Of a DNA stretch of 24,637 nt, positions 20,656 through 24,637 are shown piece by piece; within the stretch, counting starts at the first letter, position 1, and every line of letters starts with the position of its first letter. The notes beneath the pieces are model-generated. The model did not search any database. It was not told the origin of the DNA and saw nothing but the letters and a program-made list of their open reading frames with translations. Made by a program: the position numbers and the translations under genes. The DNA is from Burkholderiales bacterium. Lineage in GTDB: Bacteria > Pseudomonadota > Gammaproteobacteria > Burkholderiales > SG8-39. Where the stretch lies: assembly GCA_035316965.1 (NCBI GenBank), contig DATHHZ010000305.1, positions 1 through 24,637 of the forward strand, given 5' to 3'.

Positions 20656-21236
20656 CGCGCCGTTTTCCGCTGCCGGGGCATCGCGCCCGCCGCCTCGATT
20701 CTGCGCATCGATTCGCTCGTGAACTCGGCGCTCGGCGCGTCGCCGCCGATCACGAACATCAGGATCGAGGGCTTGTTCTTCGGGCCCTTGGTCACGTTCA
20801 TGAAGCGGCGCGAAGCGCCGGGCGGGAACGAGATCAGGTCGAGCGGCTTCAGGTCCACGTGCTCGAGCTCGCCGCGCGCGTTCTCCCAGAGGGCGCGCCA
20901 GGTGCCGGTCATGGCGATGAAAGTCTCGTTGGTATCGTGGTTGTGCAGCATGGGGCCCTTGCCTGGCAGCGCGCGGCAATAGCCCAAGTTGAAACCTTCG
21001 GAGATCTTGATCGCCGCGAGGCGCGCGGCAATGTCGCCTACCGGTGACTGCTTGCCGTTCTTCTCCACCCTGGGCGGCTGGAAGCCGATGACGTTGTAGA
21101 GGATGCGCTCGCAGCCGGGCATCTTCGAATCGGGCAGCCCGCCGTCGGAGCCTTTCAGTTTCTTGAAGCGCGCGACGCGCTTCATCATCGCCTTGCGCGA
21201 TATGCCGCGGCGCGGCAGGGTTTCCCGATAGTCCAT
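20652..21236 (-). CDS. Cupin domain protein (194 aa)
   Basis: ATG at 21236 after GGAGG. PGKGPMLHNHDTNETFIAMTGTW (HxH..E cupin motif 1), L.P.DLISFPPG...RF.N (motif 2). Confidence 0.8.
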   Translation of the reverse strand: MDYRETLPRRGISRKAMMKRVARFKKLKGSDGGLPDSKMPGCERILYNVIGFQPPRVEKNGKQSPVGDIAARLAAIKISEGFNLGYCRALPGKGPMLHNHDTNETFIAMTGTWRALWENARGELEHVDLKPLDLISFPPGASRRFMNVTKGPKNKPSILMFVIGGDAPSAEFTSESMRRIEAAGAMPRQRKTAR

Positions 21237-21286
21237 GGGGGCCTCCCGAAAAACAATGCTGCATAATACGGCACGGAGGACGGGGG

Positions 21287-22147
21287 ATGAAAGCACCGCG
21301 CTTTGCCTACGCGCGACCGGCAAGCGTCGCAGAGGCGCTTGCGCTTCTTGCCGAGCACAAGGACGACGCACGGGTGCTGGCGGGCGGCCAGAGCCTCGTC
21401 CCGATGCTGAATTTCCGGCTCGCGGCGCCGAAAGTTCTCGTCGACATCAACCGCATCGCGGCGCTCGCGGGGATCAAAGTCACCCGGAATCACATACGCA
21501 TCGGCGCGCTCACGCGGCACGCGGAGCTCGAGCGCTCCGCCGACATCGCGCGGCACCTGCCGCTCGTCGCGGCAGCGATGCCGCACGTCGCCCACCCGGC
21601 GATCCGCAACCGCGGCACCTTCGGCGGCAGCTGCGCGCTCGGCGACCCCGCCGCGGAGCTGCCGGCCTGTGCGCTCGCGCTCGGCGCGACTTTCATCGCC
21701 GCGGGAAAGAAGGGTGAGCGGCGCATCCCGGCCCAGGATTTCTTCAAGGGCCTCTACGCCACCGCGCTCAAAGCGGGCGAGCTCCTCGTCGCCGCGGAAT
21801 TCCCGCTCCCGAAACCCGGCTACGCCTCGGCGTTCGGCGAGCTCGCGCGCCGCCATGGGGATTACGCCATGGTCGGGGTCGCCGCGCACGGATCGACGCT
21901 GGGGAAGAAATTCTCCGACATGCGCGTCGTGTTCTTCGGCGTCGCCGACCGGCCCCAGCGCGCGGCGCAGTTCGAGCGCGCCCTCGACGGCCAGGCCGCG
22001 GCGGCGAAGGCGATTGACGTGGCTCTGCCGAAGCTCGACGCCGATCTCTCGCCGCGAGCCGACTTCCACGGCTCGGCCGCGACCAAGCTGCATCTCGCAA
22101 AAGTGCTCGCCGGCCGAGTTCTCAGGCAGATGGAAGGTGTTTCGTGA
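21287..22147 (+). CDS. Xanthine dehydrogenase/CODH family FAD-binding medium subunit (CoxM/CutM-like)
   Basis: YARP.SV.EA..LL, LAGGQSL.P.LNFRL, IGALT.H, AHPAIRNRGT.GGS...GDPAAELP. Confidence 0.92.
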   Translation: MKAPRFAYARPASVAEALALLAEHKDDARVLAGGQSLVPMLNFRLAAPKVLVDINRIAALAGIKVTRNHIRIGALTRHAELERSADIARHLPLVAAAMPHVAHPAIRNRGTFGGSCALGDPAAELPACALALGATFIAAGKKGERRIPAQDFFKGLYATALKAGELLVAAEFPLPKPGYASAFGELARRHGDYAMVGVAAHGSTLGKKFSDMRVVFFGVADRPQRAAQFERALDGQAAAAKAIDVALPKLDADLSPRADFHGSAATKLHLAKVLAGRVLRQMEGVS

Positions 22148-22638
22148 AAGCTGCCACCGAAACGCTGGAGGTCTCGCTGACCGTCAACGGCGAGCGGGTG
22201 AAGCGCAGCGTGCCCGCGCGCCTCAACCTCGCCGACTTCCTCCGGAACGAGCTGGAGCTCACCGGCACCCACGTCGGCTGCGAGCACGGCGTGTGCGGCG
22301 CGTGCACGGTGCGCGTCGACGGCGAAATCGTGCGCGGCTGCCTCATGTTCGCGGCGCAGGCCGATGGCTGCAAGGTGGACACGATCGAGGGCTTGTCCGA
22401 TTCGCGCGAAATCGAGGAGTTGCAAAGCGCCTTCGTCCTCACTAACGCCCTGCAATGCGGTTTCTGCACGCCGGGCGTCCTCATGGCGGCGCAGGCGTTG
22501 CTGCGCGACGAGTCGAACCCTTCGCGCGAGCGCATCCGCGAGTATCTGTCGGGCAATTACTGCCGCTGCACGGGCTACCAGGCGATCGTCGATGCGATCG
22601 AGGCGGTGGCGAAGGCGCGGGCGGCGAGATCCAGATGA
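22144..22638 (+). CDS. 2x[2Fe-2S] small subunit (CoxS/CutS-like)
   Basis: GCEHGVCGAC...C, QCGFCTPG, GNYCRCTGY; GTGA overlap with the medium subunit gene. Confidence 0.94.
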   Translation: MKAATETLEVSLTVNGERVKRSVPARLNLADFLRNELELTGTHVGCEHGVCGACTVRVDGEIVRGCLMFAAQADGCKVDTIEGLSDSREIEELQSAFVLTNALQCGFCTPGVLMAAQALLRDESNPSRERIREYLSGNYCRCTGYQAIVDAIEAVAKARAARSR

Positions 22639-22639
22639 T

Positions 22640-22743
22640 TGTCATCCTGAGCCCTTCGCTTCGCTCGAGGGTGAACTCCGCGAAGGATCTGCTTTTCGAG
22701 AACTGCAAAAGCAGATTCTTCGGCCTGCGGCCTCAGAATGACA
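22640..22743. repeat. TGTCAT-bounded 104-bp palindromic element (family C, REP/MITE-like) between the small and large subunit genes
   Basis: Terminal inverted repeat tgtcatcctgag / ctcagaatgaca (11 of 12 match); perfect inner inverted repeat atctgctttt (22687-22696) / aaaagcagat (22707-22716); translates to the spurious VILS...AKDL...RFFG...QND peptide. Confidence 0.82.
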
Positions 22744-22762
22744 CTGTTTGGAGCATTGGCGC

Positions 22763-24637
22763 ATGAGCGAATTCGACGAAACGGCGAAGACGCTCGATTT
22801 CGATGCGCCGAACAGCTACGTCGGGCGCTCGGTGACGCGCCCGAATGCGCGGCGTCTCACGCAAGGCCGCGGCCAGTACGTCGACGACATCGTGCTGCCG
22901 CGCATGCTGCACGTCGCTTACGTGCGCTCGCCGCACGCGCACGCGAGGATCTTGAGAATCGAGACCAAGAAGGCCGCGGCGATGCCCGGCGTGGTGCGCA
23001 TCGTCACCGGCGCCGAGATCGCGCTGGTCTGCAAACCGTACGTCGGAGTGCTCACTGACTTGCAGGGAATGCGTTCGCCGCCGCAGTACCCGCTCGCGAT
23101 GGAGGTCGCGCGCTGGCAGGGTGAACCGGTCGTCGCGGTGGTCGCGCAGTCGCGCGCCGAAGCCGAGGACGCGGCGGAAGGCAGCGAGGTCGGGTACGAG
23201 GAGCTGCCCGCCGCGCTCGACGCGGAGCGCGCGCTCGACCCGTCCGAGCCGAAGATCCACAAGGAGTTCGACAGCAACCTGTGCTTCCAGAGGATCGTGG
23301 ATACGGGCGGCGTGGACGCCGCGATGAAGGGCGCGCACCTCGTCGTCGAGGACACGATCCGTTTCGGCCGCCACACCGGCGTCACCATGGAGCCTCGCGC
23401 CATCCTCGCCGACTACAATCCGGCGGAAGAGAGCATGACCGTGTATCACTGCGGCCAGTCGCCGCACATGATGCAGGGGATCATCGCGAGCCGCCTCTCG
23501 CTGGATGAGCACCGCGTGCGCATCGTCGCGCGCGACGTCGGCGGCTCCTTCGGCATCAAGATCCACACTTACGGCGACGAGATCGCCGCCTGTGCGCTCT
23601 CGCTCATGCTGGGGCGCCCGGTGAAGTTCGCCGCCGACCGCTACGAGTCCTTTCTCTCGGACATCCACGCGCGCGACCACCGCGTTAAGGCGAAGCTCGC
23701 CGTCGACCGCGACGGCAACATCACGGCCCTCGAGATCGACGATCTCACCGGCATCGGGCCGTACTCGATGTTCCCGCGCTCCTCCGGGGTCGAGTGCAAC
23801 CAGATCCTCAATCTCACCGGCGGGCCGTACAAGCACAAGGAGTACCGCGCGAAAGGCACGGTGGTGTTCCAGAACAAGAACATGATGTGCCAGTACCGCG
23901 CCGTGGGGCATCCGATCGCGGTCGCGGTGGCGGAGCACATGGTCGACCAGGCGGCGGCCAAGCTCAGGCTAGATCCCGCCGAGATGAGGAAGAGGAACCT
24001 CATCGCCGATGACGCCTATCCCTGCAAGTCGCCTTCGGGAATGCGCTTCGAGGCGCTGTCGCACCACCAGTGCCTGGACAAGCTGCTCGCGCTGATGAAG
24101 TACGGCGAGCTGCGCAAGGAACAAGCCGAGCTTCGAAAGAAAGGCGTTTACCACGGCATCGGGCTCTCTTCCTTCATCGAAGTGACCAACCCGAGCCCGA
24201 TGTTCTACGGCGTGGGCGGCGCGAGGATCGCCGCCCAGGACGGCTGCACCATCAAGCTGGACGCGAGCGGTGCCATCGTCGCCGCCACCGGCGTCACCGA
24301 GCAGGGCCAGGGAACCGAGACGATCATGGCGCAGATCGCCGCGACCGCGCTCGGCGTCGAGATGAGCTGCGTGAAGGTGCTCACCGGCGACACCGACAAG
24401 GTGCCTTACGGCGGCGGCACCTGGGCCTCGCGCGCGGCGGGAATCGGCGGGGAGGCCGTGCTCCAGGCAGGGCTCGCGCTGAAGGCGAACATACTCCAGG
24501 CCGGCGCGGTGATCCTGAAAACGAGCGCCGCCGAGCTCGATATCGTCGACGGCAAGGTGGTGAAAAAAGGCAGCGAGCAGGGCATCACCCTCACCGAGCT
24601 GGCGCGCATCTGCTACTACCGCGGCAACGAATTGCCC
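22763..24637 (+). CDS. Xanthine dehydrogenase family molybdopterin-binding large subunit (CoxL-like; partial, runs off window end)
   Basis: Manual translation from ATG 22763 (GGAG upstream): MSEFDETAKTLDFDAPNSYVGRSVTRPNARRLTQGRGQYVDD...RSPHAHARI; VGGSFGIK, QYRAVGHP, EQGQGTET, GGGTWASR. Not in the ORF track because it has no stop inside the window. Confidence 0.92.
   Translation, partial: MSEFDETAKTLDFDAPNSYVGRSVTRPNARRLTQGRGQYVDDIVLPRMLHVAYVRSPHAHARILRIETKKAAAMPGVVRIVTGAEIALVCKPYVGVLTDLQGMRSPPQYPLAMEVARWQGEPVVAVVAQSRAEAEDAAEGSEVGYEELPAALDAERALDPSEPKIHKEFDSNLCFQRIVDTGGVDAAMKGAHLVVEDTIRFGRHTGVTMEPRAILADYNPAEESMTVYHCGQSPHMMQGIIASRLSLDEHRVRIVARDVGGSFGIKIHTYGDEIAACALSLMLGRPVKFAADRYESFLSDIHARDHRVKAKLAVDRDGNITALEIDDLTGIGPYSMFPRSSGVECNQILNLTGGPYKHKEYRAKGTVVFQNKNMMCQYRAVGHPIAVAVAEHMVDQAAAKLRLDPAEMRKRNLIADDAYPCKSPSGMRFEALSHHQCLDKLLALMKYGELRKEQAELRKKGVYHGIGLSSFIEVTNPSPMFYGVGGARIAAQDGCTIKLDASGAIVAATGVTEQGQGTETIMAQIAATALGVEMSCVKVLTGDTDKVPYGGGTWASRAAGIGGEAVLQAGLALKANILQAGAVILKTSAAELDIVDGKVVKKGSEQGITLTELARICYYRGNELP

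Noticed and set aside
22763-24637. Aerobic CO dehydrogenase (coxL) call
   Set aside because: It lacks the AYxCSFR copper-binding motif and the form II AYRGAGR motif, so no gene symbol was assigned.

Overview
GC-rich betaproteobacterial (Burkholderiales-like) chromosomal window with no rRNA, tRNA, CRISPR array or transposase. It holds a complete F1Fo ATP synthase operon on the minus strand (atpIBEFHAGDC, 9210->1803) with a good sigma70 promoter, and four Bug/TctC-family solute-binding proteins. There are two divergent catabolic clusters: VOC - group D flavin monooxygenase - FAH hydrolase - ring-hydroxylating beta-subunit-like, and dienelactone hydrolase - TauD - MLE-type enolase - Bug. It also has a methanethiol-oxidase-like SBP56 gene with a SCO copper chaperone, a luciferase-like monooxygenase, a cupin and a CoxMSL-like molybdo-flavoprotein that runs off the window end. 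Two things stand out. First, a dense REP-like double-hairpin repeat family (13 full and 2 partial units at 6 loci) whose first stem changes sequence but keeps pairing and a c-GNA-g triloop. With a second palindromic family it fills every junction of the F1 half of the atp operon and none of the Fo half, and a third family sits between coxS and coxL. Second, the MtoX-like protein has Tyr where the first of the two proposed TTQ tryptophans is expected, and no mauG lies next to it. All calls come from reading the sequence and ORF track by eye; no alignments or database searches were run.
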